Source of the DNA: Prasinococcaceae sp. CCMP 1430
Lineage: Eukaryota > Plantae > Prasinodermophyta
Direction: 5' to 3'
Length of the DNA: 59,366 bases
Assembly (NCBI GenBank): GCA_013416795.1
Contig: RQSC01000021.1
Coordinates: 132,413 to 191,778 of the forward strand
Below are positions 44,105 to 54,768 of this stretch, one piece after another. The notes below the pieces were generated by a model that saw only the letters and a list, made by a program, of their open reading frames with translations, had not been told where the DNA came from and made no database searches. A program made the translations under genes and the position numbers. Position 1 is the stretch's first letter; every line of letters begins with the position of its first letter.

Positions 44105-45607
44105 TCACCACTGGGCGCGCGGGCCCCACGTGCCGTTGGTCATCGGCACGCCCTTGGGTAGCACAGTGCCGCTGACCCACTGCGTGAGCTCTGGAGCCTG
44201 GGTGTGTTTCTTGCGGTACTCAGGGAAGCCAAGCTCGGCCATCGAGCCGCGCTGGTTCACCTCGGGCCACTCGGGCGCCTCGGAGAACTTGAGCCAGCAG
44301 TTGTTGGGCTTGTGCGCGTGCGCGTCCGGTTCGAAGCAGGCGTCGAAGTCGCTCGGGCACCACACCCACACGTTGCACGGCAGGTTGCGGAAGGGGCCCT
44401 GCGCCCCGCCGCCCGGGCCGGGCACGTGCGCGGCGCATGCCGCGGCGCACGCCTCCGCGCTCGGCTGCATGTGTGTCAGACCCCACGCCACCGCCAGGCC
44501 GTCGTAGCTCGCGTGCCTCTCCGTGTGTATCTCGTGCTCGTAGGGCGCACTCGAGAGCTTCGCACCCGCGGCCACTGCCTCTCGCGCCGCGGCGCGCCAC
44601 GCGGCTGCCGTTGGCGAGCGCTCCAAGCACTCGGGGTCGACGTGCGCGTAGCCGTCGATCGCCGGGGAGCCACACACGCGCGAGGCCTTGCCGTGCGCTT
44701 CCGCCACGGTCGCCTCGTCGTCCTTGTAGCTGCGCAGCCACGCGAGCGTGCGCTCGTCGGCGCCCGCGGCGAACTCCTCAGCGTCTGCGGCGGAGAACAC
44801 CGCGCCTGACGTCCAGCCAATACCGGGCCCACGAGCACGAGCCTCCTTTCTCCAAGGCGTCACGTGGTGCTTGAGCCAGCACTCGCCCTTCGGGTGGGAG
44901 CTTTCGGCTCCGCACCCGCCCTCGTCCGCACACCACACCCACGTCGTGCACGGCTTGGCGTTCGACTTGTCGCCGATGGTGCGCGCGAGCTTGGCGTTCG
45001 CCTCGCACTGCGCGCAGCACTCGGCGGCGGACCCAGCGATGTTGTTTGCGCCCCACACGACCACTTCGCCCTCGTATTCGCCGTGGGCCTCCGACTCGCC
45101 GCATGTCGACATCGCCGGCGTCTTCCCATGCTGCTGCGCAGGTTGCTGCTGTTGCGCAGGTTGCTGCTGCTGCCGCTCCTTCACGGCGGGCGCGCTCGCC
45201 CCAGCGACGCTCGCCAACGCTGGGCGGGGCGCGCCGTGTCCACGCTGTTGCCGAACCTGCCGTTCCCGCTGCTGCGCGTCCTGCCTGATGAACACCGCCG
45301 TGTCCCAGTCGCCCCTCACCGCCGTGGCCTCCTGCTCGCCCGCCGCGTCGAGCGGCACGTGCGTGACGTGCGCCGCGGCCTCCCACAGCTGGTGCGCCGT
45401 CGCCTCCGCCGCGTGGTACTCGGCCGCGAGCGTGTGCAGCACGTCGCCCGAGTTTGCTCCTGCCTCCCACGCGTCCCTCGCCGCCTGCGTGGCCACCTGC
45501 TTCTCGGGCGGGCTGAGCAGCATCGCCGCCGCGCCGATCACCGTGAGCGCCGCGCCGACGGCGCACGCCGCGCACGCGGCGAGCCCGGCTGCAGCGCGCG
45601 GCCGCCC
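44105..45607 (-). CDS. Membrane-anchored protein with two PAN/apple-like Cys-rich domains; 5' exon not identified
   Basis: Two repeats of WG..SA..CC..C...C..WV(W)C...C...CWLK...W.SG. The TM AGLAACAACAVGAALTVIGAAAMLL follows a probable acceptor TAG at 45610-45608. Confidence 0.75.
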   Translation of the reverse strand, partial: GRPRAAAGLAACAACAVGAALTVIGAAAMLLSPPEKQVATQAARDAWEAGANSGDVLHTLAAEYHAAEATAHQLWEAAAHVTHVPLDAAGEQEATAVRGDWDTAVFIRQDAQQRERQVRQQRGHGAPRPALASVAGASAPAVKERQQQQPAQQQQPAQQHGKTPAMSTCGESEAHGEYEGEVVVWGANNIAGSAAECCAQCEANAKLARTIGDKSNAKPCTTWVWCADEGGCGAESSHPKGECWLKHHVTPWRKEARARGPGIGWTSGAVFSAADAEEFAAGADERTLAWLRSYKDDEATVAEAHGKASRVCGSPAIDGYAHVDPECLERSPTAAAWRAAAREAVAAGAKLSSAPYEHEIHTERHASYDGLAVAWGLTHMQPSAEACAAACAAHVPGPGGGAQGPFRNLPCNVWVWCPSDFDACFEPDAHAHKPNNCWLKFSEAPEWPEVNQRGSMAELGFPEYRKKHTQAPELTQWVSGTVLPKGVPMTNGTWGPRAQW

Positions 45608-46529
45608 CTACCCCACGCCCGCATCGTCGCCCGCGCGGCGCCTGGGCCGACGGGGCGCCACCCGCGCCCAATCTGGCGCTGCTCCACCCCCCCCCTTCCC
45701 ACACACACACACCTCTCACTTAGGCTCCCCCTGGCCTCGCTCTTGACTTCCGACTCGGTCGACCCGCGCACGCGCCGACGAGTGCGCAGGCTGTTGACAC
45801 CGCCCCACCCGCGCCGCCCCGCATGGCGAGGGAGGGGCAACCAAGAAGGTTCGGTTCGGGGCACAAATGGGTCAATCAATTGGGTAGGGTTTGACAATCT
45901 CGCTCGATCGCGAGCCGGATGGATGGGCAGCTCGCGCACGCGGCCGCGCGACCGGCCAGGCGGCGCACAAAAATGGATCCGCGCTCCCCCGATTCAGGCT
46001 GAGGGGCGGGGGGGGAGTGGTGCCGCGTCGCGGCCCGCACGAGCAACGTTCCGCCGCGTGCTGCTCCCCCCGGCCGGCCGGTCGGCCCGGCGACGGCGAA
46101 CCCAGGCCCGGATCCCGTCCAAGCACCTTTTCGATCGACGGCGGGCGCTGCGCGCGCCGCTGCGCCTGCCAGGCCTGACCCGGGTTCGGACGCCGAGCCC
46201 GAAAAGATCGGCGCGGCGCAGGCCGGTCGGCGGGGGCGGTTCGGTCGGCGAATATCGGGCTTCGCGGGGAGCGTTTCGGGAGGTGCGCGCGGGGGGGACC
46301 CGCATGAGACGGCACGGGCAAATCGCGGGAATGACGAGGGTTCGCTCGCGACCGACCGAGGCCTCCGTCGGATCGATGACGGCCGCGCGCGCGCGCCGCG
46401 CGCGCGCGCGCGCGCGCGCTGCCGCGCTCTCNNNNNNNNNNNNNNNNNNNNNNNNNNNNNNNNNNNNNNNNNNNNNNNNNNNNNNNNNNNNCGAGAGCCG
46501 CGGCGCGCGGCGCGCGCGCCGCGCGTACG

Positions 46530-47264
46530 GGCGCACCGGAATGACTTCGCGGTGCAGGCGCGCGCGCCGGCGGTGGCGTTCCGCGAGGACACCGTGACGC
46601 CCCCGCCGGGCACCACTTTGCGCCCCCCCACGTTCGTGGGCCTTGGATCCTCTGGCGGCGTGGTCGGTGTCAAGGACGTCGCGGCCTTGGAGAGAAGTGC
46701 GTGGCGGTGCGACGGCCGCCGCGCCCCGCGCCGCACCGCCTATTGCATTGCGCACACGCTGACCCACGCGCCACTCACTGGACGTCTCGTCGTCGCGAAG
46801 TCTACAAGCTCGACAGCGGCAGCGGCGGTGGGGACGGGCGGAACAACAACAAGGGGCGCGGTGGAGGGGGCGGGGGCGGGGGTGGGGGCGGTGGAAGGCG
46901 ATTCGGACCCCTGTTCAGCATGTTGCACATTGCTGCATTCTTCGTTCTGAGCTACTTTGGCTTCACGCGAGTGTCGGACGCTACGAACGCGGCTGTGGAC
47001 GCTCCCGGCAAGGAGACGTCAGCGCTCGCGGCGTGGCTGCGGCTCATGATGTGCGCGTCCGCATTCGTGGCGCTGCCGTACCTTGTGCCCATCTGCCTGC
47101 GCGGCGGCCAGATCATCGCCCTCAGCCTGTCCAAGGTCACGCCAGCGGACATGCTCATCGTGCTCATACCCAGCGCCCGGGCGTGGCGCGGGCGCGGCTC
47201 GTCGACTGCAACGACCTTCCCGGAGGCCCCGAACGCGCGCCCCGCGCAGCGCGCCAGCAAGTGA
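46530..47264 (+). CDS. Hypothetical membrane protein with poly-Gly linker, probably plastid-targeted; exons (gap)-46696 and 46801-47264
   Basis: Phase-1 intron 46697-46800 joins ALER|IYKLDSGSGGGDG; 2-3 hydrophobic segments; TGTAA at 47400. Confidence 0.5.
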
Positions 47265-47747
47265 GCCTGCCACGCTGACGCGGACGTGTCCGACAACCAC
47301 CATGTACAAGTACAGGACCAACTCCCTACTCGCGCCCGGCGAGCAGCGAGACAGAGCCCCCTCTCGCGGTGAGCCGGCGCAGCGTCATGCCGGCAATTGT
47401 GTAAGTTTATCCCGAGCGAGTGTATTCCAGCCCGGCCCGAGCGCTTGTGCCGCCGCCCGCAAGGGGGGCGCTCGCCTGCCGTGGCCCTGCTGTGCCTCGT
47501 GGCACTCTTGTGCGCCGCCTGCTGCAGCCGCCCGGCGGTCACTGCTGCGGTGACCAATGATTGGGAACTTCCGTACCTTCTGTACCATCAAATTGTGTGC
47601 GAACCTTCCCTCGTTCCATTTCGGCGCGCAGCGGATCGCGGGGCGAGGCTGCTGCGCCCAGGAGCTCTTGCGCACACAGGGCGGGCGGGGCGCCGCCGCC
47701 ACAGGCCGCGCGTGGCGCGCCGCCCGGTCCCCACCCGCTACGCGAGG

Positions 47748-48815
47748 ATGAGCACGGGGACAATGATGTCTTTGGTGGCTTCTCCCGCCGCGCACACGGT
47801 GCGGCGAAGTGCGACCGCGCATGGCGCAGCACGGCCGCGCGCAGGCAGACCGTGCACGCGCAGTGTGGCGGCGGCCGCCGCTGCGACCGAGGGGGCGGTC
47901 TCGCGGAGTGGTGTAGGGCTGCACACGGGCGTGGAGGCGGAGATCACGATACGGGCCGCAGCGGCGGGCGAGGGCCGCTATTTTGCCATCATTGATGATG
48001 ATGGCACGGAGCGGGGCCGCGTACCATGTGCCGCTCGCGCCGTCGGCGACACGCGCCTCTCGACAGCGCTTGCAGCTCCTGCGCCCGGTGGCGGCGAGGA
48101 CGCGCCCCTGGTCGTGCAGACGTGCGAGCACCTGCTCAGCGCTCTAGAAGCGTGCGGTATTGCCGATGTGCGCCTCGAGCTGCGCGGGGGGCGCGAGGTG
48201 CCGCTCCTCGACGGCTCTGCGTCGCCATGGGTCGATGCACTGCGGGAGGCGGGTATGGGCTACTTTGGTGGCGCAGGGGCGCTACCGGCCAAAACTCTTC
48301 GCCTGACGCGGCCTGTCAGCGTGTACGAAGGCGACGCGTTCGTCGTGGCCATGCCCACGGAGGGCCAGAATTCGCGCCTGAGCTATGGCGTTGACTTCCC
48401 ACATTTGCCCGCCATCGGCGAGCAGTGGCACTCGCTCGAGTACACATTTGATGCGGACACAGCGCAGCGGTACGCCGATGGCGTCGCGCCAGCACGCACA
48501 TTCACTGACGCTGCGACGGTGGATGCGTTGCGTGCCGCGGGACTCATTGCGGGCGGAAGCCTCGAGAATGCAATGGTTGCCTCGCCCGACGGCGGCTGGC
48601 TCAACCCTGAGCTTGTGCGCTTCGAGGGCAGCGAGCAAGCGCGCCACAAGCTGCTTGATCTCGTCGGTGACCTCGCGCTCGCGGCATCTAGCGGCGCGCT
48701 CGGTGTGCCGCGCGGTGCGCACGTGATGGCGTACAAGGCAAGCCACAGGCTACACTGCAAGCTCGCGGCGTGTCTGGCTGAGGCGTGTGAGCTCGATGAT
48801 GGGGGCGCTGCGTGA
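47748..48815 (+). CDS. lpxC: UDP-3-O-acyl-N-acetylglucosamine deacetylase (lipid A pathway) with organellar presequence
   Basis: SGVGLHTG, RLSTAL, TCEHLLSALEACG, EVPLLDGSA, ARTF, RHKLLDLVGDL, ASHRLH; Zn ligands intact. Confidence 0.95.
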   Translation: MSTGTMMSLVASPAAHTVRRSATAHGAARPRAGRPCTRSVAAAAAATEGAVSRSGVGLHTGVEAEITIRAAAAGEGRYFAIIDDDGTERGRVPCAARAVGDTRLSTALAAPAPGGGEDAPLVVQTCEHLLSALEACGIADVRLELRGGREVPLLDGSASPWVDALREAGMGYFGGAGALPAKTLRLTRPVSVYEGDAFVVAMPTEGQNSRLSYGVDFPHLPAIGEQWHSLEYTFDADTAQRYADGVAPARTFTDAATVDALRAAGLIAGGSLENAMVASPDGGWLNPELVRFEGSEQARHKLLDLVGDLALAASSGALGVPRGAHVMAYKASHRLHCKLAACLAEACELDDGGAA

Positions 48816-48871
48816 ACCCCAGCAACGCTGCGTGGAATAATATAGAGGACTTTTTATTTTGTACCGCCTGC

Positions 48872-50647
48872 TCAGGTCCCCTTGGTGGAGGCGTCGAGCA
48901 GCTTCTTCACAAGCTGAACGTGGTCGGCGCCCCCAGACGTGCGCGCCCGCTTCGAGGCCACGCCCTCGCGACCCGCGCTGCCGTGCCCGGGCGCCGCCGC
49001 CGCGTCTACGCCGACCACGAGCGCGTCGAGTGTGCGTCGCCAGCCCGCGGGCTCACCTTTCGGACACGCGACCCAGGGGCAATGAAGCCGGTGCGCGCGC
49101 AGTGGATTGAAGCTGGGCCCGTCAGCTGCGCCGCCAGATGCGCCAGCGACTGGCGGCGGCACGCTCGTCGGCGTCGTCAGCAGCACGGCATGAGCAGACG
49201 CGGACTTTGGCGCGGGCGTCGAAGCAACGGGGTCGACTCCCTGCCCCTCGTCCCTCTCTCGCCGCTCGCCCTCGCCTGACTGACCCTGTGGCCGCTCCCT
49301 CGGTGGGGTCGGCTGGGTGGGCGTGCGTATGCCGAGGCCGAACGCGGGTGCCGCGGACGCTGCACCAAATGGCCCGGTGGGAGGCGCAGCACCCGTCCCC
49401 GGCAAAACACCCCCTGCAATGGTCATAGAGAGCGCCGCTGCGGGGACTGGCGTCGGTAAGGCGGCTTGCGCGCCTGACGCGGTCGCGGCAGGTGCCGGTG
49501 TAGCGGCTGCTGCGGGCGTACGGCTGGGCATGCTCATCGGTGCAGGTGCTGGAGTGCGCTTGGGCGGGGCCGGCCGCTTCGGCACGAGATCCCAAAGGGA
49601 TGAGGCGACGGGCGGCGAAAACGCGCTGTCATTGCCCGTCAGTGGACGACCGAAGCGCCCCGTGCGCGGCCGCGATGCGCCCGCGCCAAAGGCCCACAGG
49701 GCGGCAACGGCGCCACACATAGTGCAGCGCAGCGCAACAGCGGGGCGTTCGTGCGCGGCGTCATCGACGGGCGCAAAGGCAACGTCGGCGCCCTTGCGGC
49801 GGCCAGCCGGCGCGGATGCCGTGGGCGACAACACTGCATATGGCAGCGGCGTCGCCTGCCAGCCTGCGAGCGCAAGCGCGCGCAATGCGCGGCGGTACGC
49901 AGCGGGCCGCACGACACCGCCCTCGCCGATCGCGGGCGGCGGCTGATCTGGGCGCTCATCAGCGAGGAGTGCCTCCAGGGCCTTCGCAGCGGATTCGTCT
50001 CCGCCAACCGCCCTAGCCATAGCTGTCTCGTCCACGAGCGGCGCCGATTCGATCGCGGAGTCGAGCGCCCCGACACGCGCCGCAAACTCGCGCGCTAGCG
50101 CGCTGCTATCCAGCCGCGGGAAGGCGGCGAGCGTTTCCGGGCACTCCTCGGTGCGCCATCCGCATCCATCGGCGTGAGCGCTTCCAAGCTGCTTGGCGAA
50201 CCTCTCCGCGCGCTTGAGCGCCTCGGCGCGCGGCAGCCCCGCCGGCACGACATACGCCAGCTGTGCCTTGCAGGTAGCGCACTCGAGCACGTTCTGGCTC
50301 ACGTTGTGCCAGCCCCTGCGCGCGCACGCAGCGGCTGAACACACGGCGGGCTTGGCAAACCAAGTACGAGCACGGAAGGTGGCCAGGCGGAGTAGGAGGT
50401 CAGATCGGTCCCACGGACGGCACGACGCGGGCGGCGCGCCCAACGGCTCGCCGGCAGGAGAGAAGGCCGCGGGAGCCAAACCTGCGGTCCCTGCGACAAC
50501 CCCACCGCCCTCAACCACGTGGTTGCCCTCTTCCCTGGCGTCGTCCGCGCCGCCTCCGCCTGCGCCTCCGCTCGCACCGGTATACAGCAGCGAGTCGAGC
50601 GCCTCTCGCGCACGCTTGCCCACCGCTGCATGATCTGTCGCGGCCAT
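48872..50647 (-). CDS. ZC3HC1: NIPA/ZC3HC1/Rsm1-like C3HC zinc-finger protein
   Basis: CRPWDRSDLLLRLATF..W..KP..CARRGW..LECATC..H..C.W and C-terminal FNPLRAHRLHCPWV. Confidence 0.88.
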   Translation of the reverse strand: MAATDHAAVGKRAREALDSLLYTGASGGAGGGGADDAREEGNHVVEGGGVVAGTAGLAPAAFSPAGEPLGAPPASCRPWDRSDLLLRLATFRARTWFAKPAVCSAAACARRGWHNVSQNVLECATCKAQLAYVVPAGLPRAEALKRAERFAKQLGSAHADGCGWRTEECPETLAAFPRLDSSALAREFAARVGALDSAIESAPLVDETAMARAVGGDESAAKALEALLADERPDQPPPAIGEGGVVRPAAYRRALRALALAGWQATPLPYAVLSPTASAPAGRRKGADVAFAPVDDAAHERPAVALRCTMCGAVAALWAFGAGASRPRTGRFGRPLTGNDSAFSPPVASSLWDLVPKRPAPPKRTPAPAPMSMPSRTPAAAATPAPAATASGAQAALPTPVPAAALSMTIAGGVLPGTGAAPPTGPFGAASAAPAFGLGIRTPTQPTPPRERPQGQSGEGERRERDEGQGVDPVASTPAPKSASAHAVLLTTPTSVPPPVAGASGGAADGPSFNPLRAHRLHCPWVACPKGEPAGWRRTLDALVVGVDAAAAPGHGSAGREGVASKRARTSGGADHVQLVKKLLDASTKGT

Positions 50648-51737
50648 CGCACCCCTCCTTTGCCCCCCACCCACCCCCCACCCACACACACACACACCGC
50701 CACCACCACACGTGCGCGCGCGCAGGCGGCGGCCCGCGCGGCGCCACCACGCGCGCAGCGCCGCCGAATTCCCTATGACCATTTCGAGGCGAGTCTCTCC
50801 CGCGAATCACCATCAACGCAACTTCATTTTGCACCAATTCATTCCGTACTAATTGCATCGACGTTCAGCCCGTTCAAAATGGGGATCTCCCGTGGGTAAT
50901 TTACATATTAATACTAAACGACGATTGGGGCGCCGGCGTGCGGCATGCGCTTTGCCGCAGATTTTTCGCATCCTGTGAGTGCCGTCAGCCAGATTTTTCC
51001 CACCTCCGATTTTTGGCGGGGGAGCGCCGAGGGCGCCCGCGCGCACGCGTTTTGACCTCGGACACGGACCCTCTTTTCCTCACCTCCGAATGTACCCCAA
51101 ATCGAGCATGGGAGTTCCTCGCCCACGTTTCGGAAATCCGTAATTCGGTCGGTCTTTTGCGCGAATTGGCGCGGGGGCATCTTGCGCAGATGCCGCGACC
51201 GAGGTGCGCTGGCCCGCGAGGGGCAGGGGTGCCGCGCGTGCGCGTGCCACAGCGGCAGCCGCGGCTGCCGTAGCCGCTGCTGCTGCTGCGGCGGGATGGC
51301 TGCTGCGGCGGTGGCGCCAGCAGATCGCGGCGCGCTGTGCCCGCGCCCTCGTGGCGACCCACGGTGTGCCGGCCCGCCAGGGCGGCGGCCGCCACCACAC
51401 GGCTCGTGTCGCGCGCGCGGTGCACGTGCGCGTGTGCGCGCCGGAGGGCCATCGAAGCGCACGCACGCGCCCTAAAAACTCAAACGCAAAACAAACCCTA
51501 AAGAGTCAAACCTAAAACCTCGCAGCGCGAGGGCGGCCGCACGCAGCGCGTGGGGAGGGCGCGCGACGGGGTCGGGGGAGGAGGAGGAGGCGGAGCGACG
51601 GTGGCGCGCCCGCCGTGCGAGACCTAAGGAGAAAGAATTGGATAGTATACAGACGCAGGGTGGGGCTGCGGGCAGTGCCTGGCAACGAGCGTGCTCGACC
51701 CGCGGCCGTGCGCCGGCCGGCTCGCGAGTGGCGGCCC

Positions 51738-52279
51738 TCACGCCGCCGGCCCGTCGTCGAGGTGCAGCCATACCCTGTCCTCCAGGCGTTGCCGCTCGAC
51801 ACCGTAGAATTCGTCGAGCATGCGGCCGTCGCGATAGAAGGCAAATGTGGGCGTGTACTTGACGTCCTTCGCTGTGTCGAAGCAGTTGTCTACGTTGGCA
51901 ATCACGAACAGAGGCCCGGGATGCTTCTCAGCAAGGCGCACAAAGTGAGGCAGCATCTGCGGGAGGTGCCCAGCCGTGTCAGCCGCACGCGCTAGGAGGC
52001 ACAAACGCCACCGCATACCGCGCTATGGATCGGTACGAGCCCTTCGCCACTGGCCAGGTGAATGGAACGCGCATCCCGCAGCAAATCGACAGCGCTCACC
52101 TGCTTGCAGTGATCGCACCACTGCGCACCGAACTCGACGACGACTGGCCGGCGCCCCGCAGTCTTCAGCAGTGCCCGAAGCGCGTCGTCGCCGTCGGCGC
52201 CCACGAGGTTGGCGGGCGGGCGGCGCGGCTTGAAAGCCGTGCGCGGGGGGGGATCCGCTTCCACGCGTCGTGGCGCCAT
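51738..52279 (-). CDS. Atypical thioredoxin-like protein (plant TRX-like 3-3 type), WCDHC site; exons 52279-52100 and 51956-51738
   Basis: VVEFGAQWCDHCKQ|MLPHF..ANVDNC..VKYTPTFAFYRDG..LEDRVWLH; intron 52099-51957. Confidence 0.85.
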
Positions 52280-52598
52280 TGCGCGCGCTCTACGCGCGCA
52301 TAGTGGCGCCCACGGCCAGCCCTCCATTGCGCACACGCGACGTTTTCCCGCACTTTTTGCCGTGCCATCTCTCTTTCGAACTGCTGTCAAAAAATCTCGA
52401 GTGGCGCTGGGCGTCCGTCGCGGGATGGGAGCGCCAGTGGCGCCGGGCAGTGCCACACGCACACGCTCGCTCGCTCGCGCACGAGCGCATCGCCCGGCAT
52501 CACGACGCGTGGAGCGAGCAAGCGTATCAGCGTAACGCTGCCAGTCACGGCCTCCCATCCCTGGAACACCGTCGCTCACAGCGGCGCGCTGCGCTACG

Positions 52599-53131
52599 AT
52601 GGCCAGTGCAGCGCCTGGTGCGGCAGCCGCCGATGACGCAGCGATCGTGCGCGAACTTGCACAGCGCCTGCTCGTCGGCAAGGGGCTGCGCGCCAAGGTG
52701 CGACAAGACCGCCTGGCCCACCACGCATGGCATGCGCTCTGCACGAGCGCCTGGCGCGCCGCATCTCGCGAGCTTGCGCACAACTGCACCCAGATGTGGG
52801 TCGCGCCGCGACGCGCGAACTAACGCATTGCCTGGTGGGACTCGCACAACGTGCTGGCGAAGCAGGTACTGTATCCAGCAATCGTTGGGTGCGCAGTTGC
52901 CTTCGGAATGTCGGTACGTGCCCTGGTGGCGCGCTCGCGCGCCGTGGTTTCGCGCATGCATGTGCCAGGGCGTCGGGTGATCCCACGACGCGCGAGGACA
53001 CTGCTGACTGCGCCAGTGCATTGCGAATGCGCGCCCGCTCTCCTCAGTGCGGCTACGCTCTGTTCGATGTGTGCGCGAGCGTTGCGAAGGCTGGGGGCAA
53101 AGTGATGCTGGCGCGAATGTCGCGACGGTGA
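52599..53131 (+). CDS. Three-exon 76-aa single-TM microprotein; exons 52599-52697, 52866-52913, 53048-53131
   Basis: Intron 52698-52865 (GTGCGA, branch ACTAAC near 52819, CAG) and intron 52914-53047 (GTACGT, GCTGAC, CAG) are both phase 0, giving MASAAPGAAAADDAAIVRELAQRLLVGKGLRAKVLYPAIVGCAVAFGMSCGYALFDVCASVAKAGGKVMLARMSRR*. Confidence 0.6.
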
Positions 53132-53266
53132 GAGTACCTAGCGCGGCGAGAGCCTGACGCATGTGTGCTCTACTATTGTACGTCTATCAATGTTTTTACA
53201 AGCACCGAGGTGCGAAGCAGCGCCCTGCTCGCGCAGCTCTGTCGAGGGTCTCCTCACTGAGGCTGC

Positions 53267-54768
53267 CTACATCATGTTGGTCACAGCCCGATCAAAGAGC
53301 TCGTCCGCGGCGGCGATACGCTTCGCGAGGGGATGCGACCCGTCTGCGGCCTTGAGCTGCGTGATGTAGCGCTGCGCCACGGCGGGCTTGCCGAGGTGCA
53401 GGTTGCAAGTCACCAGGTTCGCCAGCGTCTCTGCGTTCTTGGCATCAGCGCGGAGCGCCTCCATCAGGTCTTTTTCAGCCTCATCGAAGCGCCCCATCGC
53501 CATGTTGCACGCCGCACTCCCGTTGTACAGCATGCACGTCCACTGGAACTTGTCGCCGAGCTCCTGGAAGACGTAGTATGCCTCCTGCACCTTTAGGCCG
53601 CCAAGCCCGACGTTCACCCACGCAGTACACAGCTGCGTCAACGTCGCATCGTCATCCTGCGCCTGCATCTGCTTAAGCTGACGCTCAGCGAGGTCAGAGC
53701 GATCCATCTTGAGGTAGCCATTGATCATCATTGAGTGCATTTCGAGCGACGAACATGCCGAGCACGCGCGCAGCGCCTCTTCGTAGTTGCCCTCACACAA
53801 GTACAACGTCGCCGCCATGACTGCAAGGAGCGGATTGGCCGACGTCATGGGGTCGGCCATCATCTCCCCGAGCGTGCTCATGATGCTCTCCTGCGGGCGT
53901 TTCGAAAGAGCGGCACGAGTCGTCCAGGTGAGAAGAGCGCAGGGCGCACGCAAAGGATGGAGAGTGGGTGGCGGCGCGAGCGATATGCGTCAGGGGATGA
54001 ATGGCCCCAACAGGCCACGCCAAGCGAGCCTTGCACGCGCTCGCAAAGCTGGCATGCGCTTGATTTTCAGGGGCGCGTGGGCTTGAACAAGGCAACCCTA
54101 AGCCCCTCATCCCCCAAAATACACATGGCGTTGGGTTCGTGAGGCCACGGCGCACCGCGCGCACCTTGTCCTCGCCCGACTTGTACCTGGCAAGCAGTCG
54201 CACGCCCTGCAGAGCCGTGGGCGAGTCATCGTTGATCTCGCTCAGCACCAGCTGTGGCGCAGGAGGCCATCGCAAGAAGCGTGGTCAGCGACCTGATACG
54301 GGCACGCTCGCACGCGCGATTCGTGCGGCAGGCAAAGCAAAGCGGGCAGCCCAGCGGCCGGCGGCGTCACTCACCGCGCTCTGGCCCATGGCAATGTACG
54401 CCCTGTGTACGAAGAAGTCGCGCTCAATCGCCTCGGCATCGCTGAGGTCGGCCAGGTCGAGCCCCTCGTTCACAGCCTCTTGGTACGCGCCGAGGTAGAA
54501 GTTGTTCACCGTCGCAAACAGCGTCTCAGCCTGCGGACGCACGCGCATACGCGCAGAAGGTAGGCGCGGCGCGATGCCGGGCGCGTAGAGCTATGGGTCA
54601 GCAGCGCGCGAGATGGCGAGCCTGGCGAGCGGCGCACCGCCCTGAGCCTTCCGGACACTCGTCCACGCCTCCCCTGCGCACACATTCGCCTGCGCATCCT
54701 GCAGCACGGCACGAGCGGGTGAGCGAGCGAGCGGTTGAGCGAGCGGAGGGGCGCGCAGGCCGCACCAT
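53267..54768 (-). CDS. COPE: Coatomer subunit epsilon; exons 54768-54766 (ATG only), 54530-54375, 54251-54165, 53890-53267
   Basis: M|AETLFATVNNFYLGAYQEA..ERDFFVHRAYIAMG..DDDATLTQLCTAW..QEAYYVFQELGDK; all introns GT-AG and in frame; TGTAA on - at 53200-53196. Confidence 0.93.

Larger units (their letters stand above)
475..46491. other. Assembly gaps
   Basis: N at 475, 10964, 18750-18850, 19344-19465, 21357-21943, 28069-28436, 46432-46491. Confidence 1.
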
